From an uncultured Actinomycetes bacterium (lineage in GTDB: Bacteria; Actinomycetota; Thermoleophilia; RBG-16-64-13): a stretch of DNA of 64,000 bases. Shown here piece after piece: positions 9,726 to 18,445 of this stretch. Numbering within the stretch: position 1 is the first letter of the stretch; every line of letters begins with the position of its first letter. A program made the position numbers and the translations under genes. The notes under the pieces were generated by a model. The model had not been told where the DNA came from. It saw only the letters and a program-made list of their open reading frames with translations, and made no database searches. The DNA lies in the NCBI GenBank assembly GCA_963841735.1, contig CAWJDT010000001.1, positions 1,312,001-1,376,000 of the forward strand, read 5' to 3'.

Positions 9726-10480
9726 CCGGAAAGGGCGGAGTCGGCAAGACCACGTTCAGCGCGCTTCTGGCATACGTGCTGGCGGAGGCGGGGAGGACGG
9801 TCTACGCCATCGACGCCGATCCCGACCCCACGCTGGGGGAAGCCCTCGGATTCCCCTCGTCTGTGCTGGCCCAGCTTGTCCCCATCGTTGAGATGAAGGA
9901 CCTAGTGGAAGAACGCACCGGTGCTCGTCCCGGTGAGTCCGGAGGTTACTTCCGTCTCAATCCACGTGTGGACGACATCCCGGCTAGGTTCTCGGTGTCG
10001 CACCGGGGCGTGCGTCTGCTCAAGATGGGCACGGTACGGGGGGCGGGCGCCGGGTGCGTATGTCCGGAGAACACCATGGTCCGCGCCTTGGTCACCCATC
10101 TGTTGCTGAGGGAGCAGGAGACCGTGCTCTTGGACATGGTGGCCGGCCTCGAGCATCTGGGACGGGGTACTGCCGGGGCGGTGGACGCCATGTACGTCGT
10201 GGTCGAACCCGGGCAGCGCAGTCTGGGAGTAGCCGCCGACATCGCGCACTTGGCCAAGGAAATAGGGATCCCCGCCATTTGGGCGGTGGCGAACAAGGTC
10301 CGTAGCGACGACGACCTGACCTTCATCCGCGAAAACCTTGCCGATCTGTCACTCGCCGGTTGGCTGCCATTGGACGGCCGCGTTGTAGACGCCGACATAC
10401 ATGCCGCGACGGCCTATGATGTCGCCCCGGAGTTGGCGGCGATTGTGAAAGAGATCGCCCGAGAGACCGGATTGCTCTAG
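9698..10480 (+). CDS. cooC: CODH/ACS nickel-insertion ATPase CooC (AcsF)
   Basis: GKGGVGKT, DADPD, GCVCP and DMVAGLEHLGRG motifs. Confidence 0.95.
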   Translation: MEPGQKVAVAGKGGVGKTTFSALLAYVLAEAGRTVYAIDADPDPTLGEALGFPSSVLAQLVPIVEMKDLVEERTGARPGESGGYFRLNPRVDDIPARFSVSHRGVRLLKMGTVRGAGAGCVCPENTMVRALVTHLLLREQETVLLDMVAGLEHLGRGTAGAVDAMYVVVEPGQRSLGVAADIAHLAKEIGIPAIWAVANKVRSDDDLTFIRENLADLSLAGWLPLDGRVVDADIHAATAYDVAPELAAIVKEIARETGLL

Positions 10481-10755
10481 GGCCTGCCCAGAAGATCCTG
10501 GAAGCGCTGCGCCGCCCTCTCCTGCTCGGCGTCTTTCGCCGCGAGAACCTTGGAGGCCGCTTCGTCGAGCGCGGGCTTCTTCCGCTGGGCGTGCTCCAAA
10601 AGGACGTCTATGGTGACCTCACCCTGGTCTTTGGCAGCCTGCTTGAGTATGACCAGCAGCTCTTCTTGTAGCGAGCGCTGATTGGCGGCCGCTCGATTGC
10701 GAAGACTCCGGGCTACGTCGTCGGGCACGTTCTTGATTGAGAGGCTGACTGACAT
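10477..10755 (-). CDS. FitA/Arc-like ribbon-helix-helix protein
   Basis: LSIKNVPDDVARSLRNRAAANQRSLQEEL. Confidence 0.8.
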   Translation of the reverse strand: MSVSLSIKNVPDDVARSLRNRAAANQRSLQEELLVILKQAAKDQGEVTIDVLLEHAQRKKPALDEAASKVLAAKDAEQERAAQRFQDLLGRP

Positions 10756-10786
10756 CCGGGTGGCTTCCCTCTGGTTTCTTGAGCCC

Positions 10787-10981
10787 CTAGTTGTATCTCC
10801 CCGGACCGGGGCTGGGTGCCCAGCAATGCCCCAAGCGGGATTGCTCGACCTTCACCTGGGCGGCGGCATCGCTCTCGGTGGGACTGAACCCCTGCGACAT
10901 GCGGCCGTTACACCACACTCTCCAGAGCCATAGGGGCCGCTCGGACGTCGATGATTCTGCCTCGCGGATCTCGATCCTCAT
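10787..10981 (-). CDS. Hypothetical protein
   Basis: ORF with a GAGGAA RBS-like sequence; no recognised motif. Confidence 0.45.
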   Translation of the reverse strand: MRIEIREAESSTSERPLWLWRVWCNGRMSQGFSPTESDAAAQVKVEQSRLGHCWAPSPGPGRYN

Positions 10982-11102
10982 TACAGGGTTTCCTCTCGTA
11001 TGTCAGCCGCAGCGGGGTCTCGGGCGGGTGCGCAAGAGCGGGCGGGTCAAATAAATAAAGCAATTGGAGTGTACCACCCGGCGCCCGCGAGCAGCGCCAG
11101 AC

Positions 11103-11420
11103 CTAGACTTCGGCGGACCGGCTCCCTTTGATGCCACCCTGGTAGAGGTTGCGGTTGGTCCATTCGGTCTGCCATTGACCGCGCCGTCTGTAAGGTCCGT
11201 CAAGGTGGTAAGTGCCCCCCTCGGCGTCAACACAGATGCCAACTCCCATCCGGTCGGCGTGCTTCTTGGCAAGATCCAGGTAAGGGTGCCAGCCGATAGG
11301 ATCGCGGGTGCTTTCGACATCATCCGGATCCTGCAGACGAGAGACGACGTAGCGTACCTCTTTGTAGCTGCTCACTGGCGGCCTCCCTTCGTGAGCATAT
11401 GCGTGCATGGACTCTATCAC
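11103..11420 (-). CDS. Hypothetical protein
   Basis: ORF with plausible composition; start uncertain. Confidence 0.4.
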   Translation of the reverse strand: MIESMHAYAHEGRPPVSSYKEVRYVVSRLQDPDDVESTRDPIGWHPYLDLAKKHADRMGVGICVDAEGGTYHLDGPYRRRGQWQTEWTNRNLYQGGIKGSRSAEV

Positions 11421-11566
11421 GCGCGGAGCGGCGGCGTGTTATACTGCGGCCAAGCATTCGTCAGGAATATGCTTTAGGCGCAGCGCCGAGCCTCTCAACC
11501 TCCCCGCTCAGTCTCCAGTCTTTCCCTCTCGTCTGTCGCAATGTAACTCCGTTCATGGAGGCTGTA

Positions 11567-11938
11567 GTGAATTCAGCAAAACTGTACGTGGGCAATCTCA
11601 GTTATGAGACGTCCGAAGCAAGTATCAGGACCGCTTTCGAGGCTCACGGCGAAGTGACTTCGGTCGCCCTGATCACCGACCGCGACACCGGCCGCCCCAA
11701 AGGCTTCGGTTTCGTGGAGATGGGATCACCCGACGAAGCGCAGAAGGCCAAGGCCGCTCTTGACGGCACCCAGATGGACGGTCGCGCTCTCAAGGTCGAC
11801 GTTGCCAAGGAGCAGGTGGCTCGCGCCCCTCGTTCCGGCGGCGGCTTCGGTGGTGGCGGCGGCGGCTACGGTGGTGGCGGCGGCGGCGGAAGCCGCGGCG
11901 GCTTCGGTGGCGGCGGCGGCGGCGGTAACCGCTGGTAG
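11567..11938 (+). CDS. RRM RNA-binding protein with Gly-rich tail
   Basis: KLYVGNLS (RNP2) and KGFGFVEM (RNP1); GGAGG RBS before GTG at 11567. Confidence 0.95.
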   Translation: MNSAKLYVGNLSYETSEASIRTAFEAHGEVTSVALITDRDTGRPKGFGFVEMGSPDEAQKAKAALDGTQMDGRALKVDVAKEQVARAPRSGGGFGGGGGGYGGGGGGGSRGGFGGGGGGGNRW

Positions 11939-11973
11939 TAGTCGCCCCGCGACTTACTCCTCACACTAGTGAC

Positions 11974-12001
11974 GAAACGCCGGCCTTCGGGCCGGCGTTT
12001 C
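11974..12001 (+). terminator. Intrinsic terminator hairpin
   Basis: GAAACGCCGGCC-TTCG-GGCCGGCGTTTC followed by T-rich sequence. Confidence 0.85.
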
Positions 12002-12017
12002 TGTTTGTAAGCACAAG

Positions 12018-12049
12018 AAGAAGAGGCCCGGAAATCCGGGCCTCTTCTT
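12018..12049. terminator. Second hairpin between convergent genes
   Basis: AAGAAGAGGCCCGGA-AA-TCCGGGCCTCTTCTT. Confidence 0.8.
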
Positions 12050-12143
12050 TGCTTTTGCTTTCACTGCCACCCGGGGTCACATGACCCCGGGAACGGCGGT
12101 TCGAGCCGCGCAGCCGGCCCTAGGGCCGGCTGCGCGCGCTGTC

Positions 12144-13736
12144 CTAGCTCTTCAGGATGGCTTCCGCCTCGGCGCGATTTGCGTCCATCAAGTAGGGGAT
12201 GCCGGTGACCCGGGTGCATTCTTCGGTGAGACTCATGAGGTCGGCACGGCGGATGGCGCCGATATTGAAAGCCCGCGCACCGGCCATCAGTTGTTGGAGA
12301 CCTACCCGAAGCTTCTGGGCGTAGGAGTAGAAGCCCACAGCGCCCAGCGGGAAGTTCTTCATCTCGTCCTTGCCGATGATGTCGGAGACTTCCTCCCAGC
12401 AGACGAAGATCTCTTCGGGAGTGCTGCCGTACTGGCCGACGGTGTTGGGTAGCCCGCCGTTGTTCATCCACATGCCGGCGTTCTTGCCCACCATGCCTGG
12501 GATCATGAGTGCTCGTCCCATGCAGACCGCCTTCGTGAAGGGCGCGCCCAGGGAGAGGGCCTTGAATATATGGTCCTCGGCGCTGAAGCCGCCGCCGAAG
12601 GCCAGGTCGGGCACGCGCTTGCCCAGGGCCGTCAGCTGGGCGGCAAAGTCGGCCGCGGCAGAGTGCAGGTAGAGGCTGGGCATGCCCCACTCTTCCATCA
12701 TGCGCCACGGGCTCATACCGGTGCCGCCGGGAGCACCGTCGATGGTGAGCAGGTCGATCTTAGCTTCGCTGCCCCACCTGAGTGCCATTGCCAGTTCGCG
12801 CAGCCCGTAAGCGCCTGTCTTGAGGGTGATGCGCTTGTAGCCAAGGCTGCGCAGCCGTTGGCACTCGGCCAGGAAGCCCTCTTCATCTATGAAGCCGAGG
12901 CGGCTGTGCCGCTCGAACTGCTTGAGAGCGCCGTCCTTGAAGGCCGCCTGGGTGATGGGGTCGGACGGATCGGGAGTGACGATGTAGCCACGCTTCTGCA
13001 GCTCGAGGGCCCGCTCGAGCGAGCCGACCTTGATCTCTCCGCCGATGCACTTGGCGCCCTGGCCCCACTTCAGCTCGATGGTGTCGAGGCCGTGCTTTTC
13101 GATGACATACTCGGCCACGCCCAGGCGCGTGTCTTCGACGTTCATCTGCACGAGAAGCTCACCGTAGCCGCGGTGATAGCGCTTGTAGGTCTCGATACGG
13201 CGGTCCATGTCGGGCGAGAGCTTGATCTTGCCCTTGGCGTCCAGTTCCAGTCCCGGATCGATGCCGCAGACGTTCTCGCCGCACACGCAGGTCACGCCGC
13301 TGATGGCAGCGCCCGTGGCGAAGTGCTCCCAGTTCTTGCGCGCGACTTCGGTGGAGCCCAGAGCGCCGGTGAACATCGGCGCCAGCATCTTCACCTTGAG
13401 GTCCCAGCCGTATTCGGTGCCGACGTTGACGTCGGGGAACGTGCAGGTGTCGGGGCTGGCCACAACGCCCTCGGGTAGGCCTTCGCCGCCAAGGGCGTAG
13501 CCCTGGATGTTCAGGTGTGAGTAGTCCACCGGGTAGTCTTTGTCGCCGCCGGCGGTGATGGAGCCGAATGGGCCGGGGTAGATGACCTCCCGTCCGCGGA
13601 AGGTGGCCTGAAAGACTTCGCAGTTGCCACGGCAACCGTCGATGCATCGGGTGCAAAGGCCAGAGCCGGGGACGACGCTACGTGAGCGGTTGGAAGTCTG
13701 GGATACGTCATTCGCATTGGGTCGCTGCAGATTCAC
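12144..13736 (-). CDS. Stand-alone FMN-binding glutamate synthase family protein
   Basis: IELKWGQGAKCIGG, IDGAPGGTG and GGF...MGRA motifs; N-terminal CTRCIDGCRGNC; no glutaminase domain. Confidence 0.9.
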   Translation of the reverse strand: MNLQRPNANDVSQTSNRSRSVVPGSGLCTRCIDGCRGNCEVFQATFRGREVIYPGPFGSITAGGDKDYPVDYSHLNIQGYALGGEGLPEGVVASPDTCTFPDVNVGTEYGWDLKVKMLAPMFTGALGSTEVARKNWEHFATGAAISGVTCVCGENVCGIDPGLELDAKGKIKLSPDMDRRIETYKRYHRGYGELLVQMNVEDTRLGVAEYVIEKHGLDTIELKWGQGAKCIGGEIKVGSLERALELQKRGYIVTPDPSDPITQAAFKDGALKQFERHSRLGFIDEEGFLAECQRLRSLGYKRITLKTGAYGLRELAMALRWGSEAKIDLLTIDGAPGGTGMSPWRMMEEWGMPSLYLHSAAADFAAQLTALGKRVPDLAFGGGFSAEDHIFKALSLGAPFTKAVCMGRALMIPGMVGKNAGMWMNNGGLPNTVGQYGSTPEEIFVCWEEVSDIIGKDEMKNFPLGAVGFYSYAQKLRVGLQQLMAGARAFNIGAIRRADLMSLTEECTRVTGIPYLMDANRAEAEAILKS

Positions 13737-13786
13737 TATCGGTCTCCTTCAGCGTTACTGGATTGCCTGATTGTCTCGTTATGCCG

Positions 13787-14491
13787 CTAGTTCTCGGCCA
13801 GGACCCCACGTAGCTGCCACCGGACGCACTGGAAACCTCGGCCCAGTTCGCACATGACGCAGGTGTCGGGGATGTTCTCGACCATAGTCGTTTGGGATTC
13901 GCAGAGCCCGCAGATGCCCGGCTCGGTCTGAGGGCCGGGGCAGGGGGTGATGGTCATGGGGCAGACCTCGACGCAGCTGTTGCAGCGCTTGCAGAGGTCG
14001 GGCCTTTTGTCGAAGGGCAGGGCCACGTGCCGGTCGGCGCCCCGTCCCACAAAGCCCAGGGAGTGCGACTGCCATACCTCGCCACAGATGCGCACGCACT
14101 TGCCGCAAAGGACGCAGTTGTTATTGCGCATGGGGTAGCGCGAACGGGTGACGCCCACCCGCGCGGCCAGGTCTTGGATGGCGCGGGAGTTCGGGGCCTC
14201 GGCCAGCAGGAGCTCCACGATGTTCCGCCGCGCGCGCATCACCGCTTCGGTGTGCGCCTCCACCACCAGGCCCTCTCGGGCCTCCAGGGTGCACGACGCG
14301 GTCATCTTGCGCCGGCCGTTCTCGACGACTTCTACGATGCAGACCCGGCACGCACCGATGGGGCTGACTCCGGGCATGTGACACAGATTGGGGATGCAGA
14401 TCCCCGCCTCGAGGGCCGCTTCCAGCACGCTGGATCCCTCTGGCGCCTGGATCTGGGCCCCGTCTACCGTGATTGTGACTGTCTTTGCCAT
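13787..14491 (-). CDS. Short NuoG/HydA-N-like Fe-S protein (2Fe-2S plus 4Fe-4S clusters, no catalytic domain)
   Basis: IPNLCH..GACRVCIVE..ASC; CVLCGKCVRIC; CKRCNSCVEVCP; extra Cys-rich tail. Confidence 0.9.
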   Translation of the reverse strand: MAKTVTITVDGAQIQAPEGSSVLEAALEAGICIPNLCHMPGVSPIGACRVCIVEVVENGRRKMTASCTLEAREGLVVEAHTEAVMRARRNIVELLLAEAPNSRAIQDLAARVGVTRSRYPMRNNNCVLCGKCVRICGEVWQSHSLGFVGRGADRHVALPFDKRPDLCKRCNSCVEVCPMTITPCPGPQTEPGICGLCESQTTMVENIPDTCVMCELGRGFQCVRWQLRGVLAEN

Positions 14492-14502
14492 GGAATGACC
14501 TC

Positions 14503-16350
14503 TCAGACTCTGCCAATGGCATCGGAGGGGCACGACTCCGTACATTCGCCGCATCCCTGGCACAACTCCGGGTCTATCCGGAAGGCGTCGTCCTCGCTGA
14601 TAGCGCTGTGCGGACAAGCGTCGAGACAGGCTCCGCACTGTGCGCAGAGATCCTGGTCGATCTCATACTTCACGAGCGCCTTGCAGACGCCGGCGGGACA
14701 GCAATGGTCTTTGATGTGAGCCTCGTACTCGTTCTCGAAGTAGCGCAAAGTCGAGAGCACCGGGTTGGGAGCTGTCTTGCCCAGCGCGCATAGCGACCCG
14801 ACCGACATAGTCCAGGCCAGGTCTCTCAGCGTGTCCAGTTGCCTGGCGTTGCCGCGGCCTTCGGTAATATCGGTGAGGATCTCGAGCATCCGGTCGGTGC
14901 CCAACCTGCAGGGCACGCATTTGCCGCAGGATTCCTCTTTGAGGAACTTGAGGAAGTACTTGGCCACGTCGACCATACAGGCCGATTCGTCCATGACCAC
15001 CATGCCGCCCGAACCCATCATCGAGCCGGCCTCCGCCAGGGCCTCGTAGTCCACCGGGAGGTCGAACTGCGAGACCGGCAGGCAGCCACCCGACGGCCCG
15101 CCCGTCTGCACCGCTTTGATGGTTTTGCCGTTCTGCGCGCCGCCGCCGATATCGAAGATGATCTGCCGGAGCGTCGTGCCCATCTCGACCTCGACCAGTC
15201 CGGTGTTCTTCACGTGACCGGTAAGGGCGAAGACCTTGGTGCCCTTGCTCTTCTGGGTGCCCTTGCCCGCGAACCAAGCCGCCCCGTTCAGGATGATGCG
15301 GGGGACGTTGGCCCAAGTCTCAACGTTGTTGAGAGCGGTCGGCAGGTCCAGATAGCCGCGTTCGACCGTGTGGACGTCCTTGGGCCGGGGTTCGCCGACT
15401 TCGCCCTCCAGAGAAGCCATGAGCGCGGTGGACTCTCCGCAGATGAAGGCCCCACCGCCCCGGGCCACTTTTACGTCGAAGCTATAGCCGGTGCCCAGGA
15501 TGTTGTCTCCCAAGAGGCCGAGGTCCCGCGCTCGTTCGATGGCCTCGCGAGTGTTCATAACCGCAAGGGGATACTCGTTTCGCACATAAACGTAGCCCTG
15601 ACGGGAACCGACCGCATACGCGCCGATCATCATCCCCTCAAGGATCGAATGCGGATTGCCCTCGAGCAGGCCGCGGTCCATGTAGGCCCCGGGGTCTCCC
15701 TCGTCGGCATTGCAGACTACATACCGCTCGCTGCCAGGAGCGCTGCGGCACTGTTCCCACTTGCGGGCCGTCGAGTATCCGCCGCCTCCGCGGCCTCGTA
15801 GGCCCGACAGCTTGATCTCGGCGATCACGGCTTCGGGGTCCATGGAAGTGAGCACGCGGCCCAACGCCGAGTAGCCTCCGGAAGCGATGTAGTCTCCGAT
15901 ATCGCAGGGGTCGACAAGCCGGTTACGGCCGATAAGCTCCCGGTCCTGCTTTGCGAAGAAGGGGAGGTCTGCCGGCGTGCGGGCTATCTGGCCGGTGGTG
16001 TCATCGGTGTAGCAGAGCCGATCGATCACTCGGCCGTTCATCACCGATTCGGAGACGATCTCGGCCACATCTGCTGGAGTGACCTTGCAGTACAGAACGT
16101 CGAGAGGCTCGACTATGAGCAGCGGCTCCTGCTGGCAGAAGCCCTGGCAGCCGGTGACGCGGACATTGACCTCGTCGGTCAGGCCGTTCTCGTCGAGACG
16201 GGCGCGCACTGCCTGAAGGACGGCCAGCGAGCCTGATGCCTCCCCGCACGTGCCGCTCGACAGCGTGATGCGCATGGGCCACGCCTGCCGCTCCCTGGCC
16301 AGTCCCTCCCTGAACGACGCTAGGGCCTCCGGGTCTTGCAGTCTAGGCAT
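14503..16350 (-). CDS. NuoF/HydB-like FMN/NADH-binding subunit
   Basis: GLRGRGGGG, CNADEGDPG, GAFICGE, ESCGKCVPCRLG and CPAGVC; C-terminal 2x[4Fe-4S]; N-terminal thioredoxin-like 2Fe-2S domain. Confidence 0.93.
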   Translation of the reverse strand: MPRLQDPEALASFREGLARERQAWPMRITLSSGTCGEASGSLAVLQAVRARLDENGLTDEVNVRVTGCQGFCQQEPLLIVEPLDVLYCKVTPADVAEIVSESVMNGRVIDRLCYTDDTTGQIARTPADLPFFAKQDRELIGRNRLVDPCDIGDYIASGGYSALGRVLTSMDPEAVIAEIKLSGLRGRGGGGYSTARKWEQCRSAPGSERYVVCNADEGDPGAYMDRGLLEGNPHSILEGMMIGAYAVGSRQGYVYVRNEYPLAVMNTREAIERARDLGLLGDNILGTGYSFDVKVARGGGAFICGESTALMASLEGEVGEPRPKDVHTVERGYLDLPTALNNVETWANVPRIILNGAAWFAGKGTQKSKGTKVFALTGHVKNTGLVEVEMGTTLRQIIFDIGGGAQNGKTIKAVQTGGPSGGCLPVSQFDLPVDYEALAEAGSMMGSGGMVVMDESACMVDVAKYFLKFLKEESCGKCVPCRLGTDRMLEILTDITEGRGNARQLDTLRDLAWTMSVGSLCALGKTAPNPVLSTLRYFENEYEAHIKDHCCPAGVCKALVKYEIDQDLCAQCGACLDACPHSAISEDDAFRIDPELCQGCGECTESCPSDAIGRV

Positions 16351-16858
16351 TGGCGATCACCTCATTGTTGCCGGCGTGGCTTTCACCAGCTGCTGCACCG
16401 TCCGTCGCGCGGACGTCGCCAAGCAGCGTTTTCAACTTGGCCGGGGTCATGTGGTCGTGATACACGCCGTCGATCACCACCACCGGGCTCAGAGCACAGG
16501 CTCCGAGGCAGTTGACGGTTTCGAGGGTGAACGCCCTGTCTTCGGTGGTATCGCCGGGCTGGACTTTGAGTTGCGCGGTCACCTCGTCGAGCAGCTTGGG
16601 TGCTCCCCGGACGTGGCAGGCCGTGCCCGCACAGACCGTCAAGAGATGACGTCCGCGGGGCTTTAGGCTGAAAGCCTTGTAGAAGTTGGCCAGGCGGAAT
16701 ACTTCGATGAGTGGCATGTCAAATGAGGCGGAGACCTGACGGAGCACCTCCTCAGGGAGGTATCCGCACTGCCCCTGGATGTCGTGCAAGACCTCCATGA
16801 TGGCGAACGGCTCCGTGCCGCGGTTTTCGATGATCGTTTCGAGGTTACTCGTTTCCAT
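16343..16858 (-). CDS. NuoE/HydC-like 2Fe-2S subunit
   Basis: VCAGTACHVRG...VNCLGACALSP. Confidence 0.93.
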   Translation of the reverse strand: METSNLETIIENRGTEPFAIMEVLHDIQGQCGYLPEEVLRQVSASFDMPLIEVFRLANFYKAFSLKPRGRHLLTVCAGTACHVRGAPKLLDEVTAQLKVQPGDTTEDRAFTLETVNCLGACALSPVVVIDGVYHDHMTPAKLKTLLGDVRATDGAAAGESHAGNNEVIANA

Positions 16859-17140
16859 GCTTTCTCCGGGCCCTCCTGACCTTCACGCGCTTCGCACCTT
16901 GCCGGGAGATTTGCGCGTCTCCTCGCTGTTTGACGCGTACCGGCCGTATCTTGCCAAGCCTTTCGCCCGCAAACGCAGAAGAGGGATCGAGCCATAAAGC
17001 CCTATCTCGCGGCCCTGCTCCGAAGACCGGCGCGCCATGCATCGGTGCTTGTGGCATCTAATTGCCGCGCCACTGTAGCAGCAGGTTGCGCAAACAGCAA
17101 CATAAGCAGCCAGTATTGGGCGCGGGGAGTTGGACTGCGG

Positions 17141-17318
17141 CGGCAATATTGCCGGTAGCGGTGCGGCAAGTGTCCTTCTTTCTGCCGGCCGTGGGAGCGG
17201 GAGACCTTCCCCCGTGTTGGGTGTGGCAGCGGGTGTTGGCGCGATTTGTTCCCGTCCACGCGACGGGCGACAAGCGGCATAATTGCCGCTGGCACTAAGG
17301 ACATCGGCAGATTTGCTG
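17141..17318. promoter_or_regulatory. Three CGGCA-N4-TGC(C/T)G palindromes, candidate NrpR operators
   Basis: CGGCAATATTGCCG at 17141-17154; AGCGGCATAATTGCCGCT at 17273-17290; CGGCAGATTTGCTG at 17305-17318. Confidence 0.55.
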
Positions 17319-17333
17319 GTAAGATTTGCTTGT

Positions 17334-18344
17334 ATGAGAGAGAGCACCGAAGAGAAACGTCTCGCTATCCTGCGGATACTCCGCGAGGCTGCAGGACCGC
17401 TGGGGAGCTCCAAGATCACGGAGCGGCTCTCGGCGATGGGTCACGATGTGAGCGAGAGAACCGTGCGCTTTCACCTGCTCGACATGGACAAGGGCGGGCT
17501 TACGCAGAACCTGGGCCGCAACGGGCGGGCCATCACGCCTCGGGGCCTGAGCGAGGTAGACACCTCCAGGGGCTTCGAGAGGGTCGGCATCCTGTCGGCC
17601 AAGATCGATCAGATGACCTACAAGATGGACTTTGATCTGGTCAAGAAGGCGGGCACGGTGGTGGTGAACGTGAGCGTCATCCCCAGAGACCAACTCGAGC
17701 GCTCCATTCCTCTTATGAGCCGGGTGTTTGCCGCCGGCTACGCCATGGGCAAGCTTATCGCGCTGCTGCAGCCCGGTGAGAGCGTCGGGCAGATGGCCGT
17801 ACCCGAGGGTAACGTGGGCATAGCCACCGTATGCTCGATCACGGTGAACGGAGTGCTGGTGGCCAACGGAATCCCCACCAACTCGCGTTTTGGGGGACTA
17901 CTGGAGATGCGTGAGCACAGAGCGACCCACTTCGCCGAGTGGATCAACTACGACGGCACGACCCTGGACCCGCTGGAGATATTTATCCGCAGCGTCATGA
18001 CCGACTATGTAGGGGCCACGCGGACGGGCAACGGCCTCATCGGCGCCAGCTTCCGGGAGGTGCCTGCCGACAGCCGCGATCACGTGCTGGAGCTTGGCCG
18101 CCAGATGGACCAGGTCGGTTTGGGCGCCATCCACTTGGTTGGTTGGCCTGGGCGCCCGCTTCTGGAGATCCCGGTGAGTGAGGGGCGCCTCGGCATTGTG
18201 GTGGTGGGTGGACTGAATCCGGTGGCCATCCTAGAAGAGAAGGGTATCCCGGTGTTTCGCACAGGGGCATTGGCCGGGCTTATGGACTACGGACGGCTGT
18301 TCCACTACGAAGAACTGGGCGAGCGCGCTCGTCTGCTCGACTGA
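17334..18344 (+). CDS. nrpR: NrpR-type (DUF128) nitrogen regulator: wHTH plus one NRD domain
   Basis: SERTVRFHL HTH; ATVCSITVNGVL, Y.GTTLDPLEIF and GGLNP motifs. Confidence 0.88.
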   Translation: MRESTEEKRLAILRILREAAGPLGSSKITERLSAMGHDVSERTVRFHLLDMDKGGLTQNLGRNGRAITPRGLSEVDTSRGFERVGILSAKIDQMTYKMDFDLVKKAGTVVVNVSVIPRDQLERSIPLMSRVFAAGYAMGKLIALLQPGESVGQMAVPEGNVGIATVCSITVNGVLVANGIPTNSRFGGLLEMREHRATHFAEWINYDGTTLDPLEIFIRSVMTDYVGATRTGNGLIGASFREVPADSRDHVLELGRQMDQVGLGAIHLVGWPGRPLLEIPVSEGRLGIVVVGGLNPVAILEEKGIPVFRTGALAGLMDYGRLFHYEELGERARLLD

Positions 18345-18445
18345 GCGCAAACGAGCATCCGACTCAGCTTGCGTGCCGGTGCTAACACAATCGGCCCTTC
18401 TCCCACTATCATATGACTGTCGCTACCCGGCACGAGAGGAAACAG

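Noticed and set aside
11836-11925. GGC/GGT repeat tract
   Set aside because: It simply encodes the Gly-rich tail of the RRM protein.
13787-16858. [FeFe]-hydrogenase, formate dehydrogenase or complex I
   Set aside because: No H-cluster or molybdopterin domain and no membrane nuo genes are present.
17052-17065. Sigma-54 promoter TGGCATCTAATTGC
   Set aside because: GG-to-GC spacing is 9 nt rather than the required 10.
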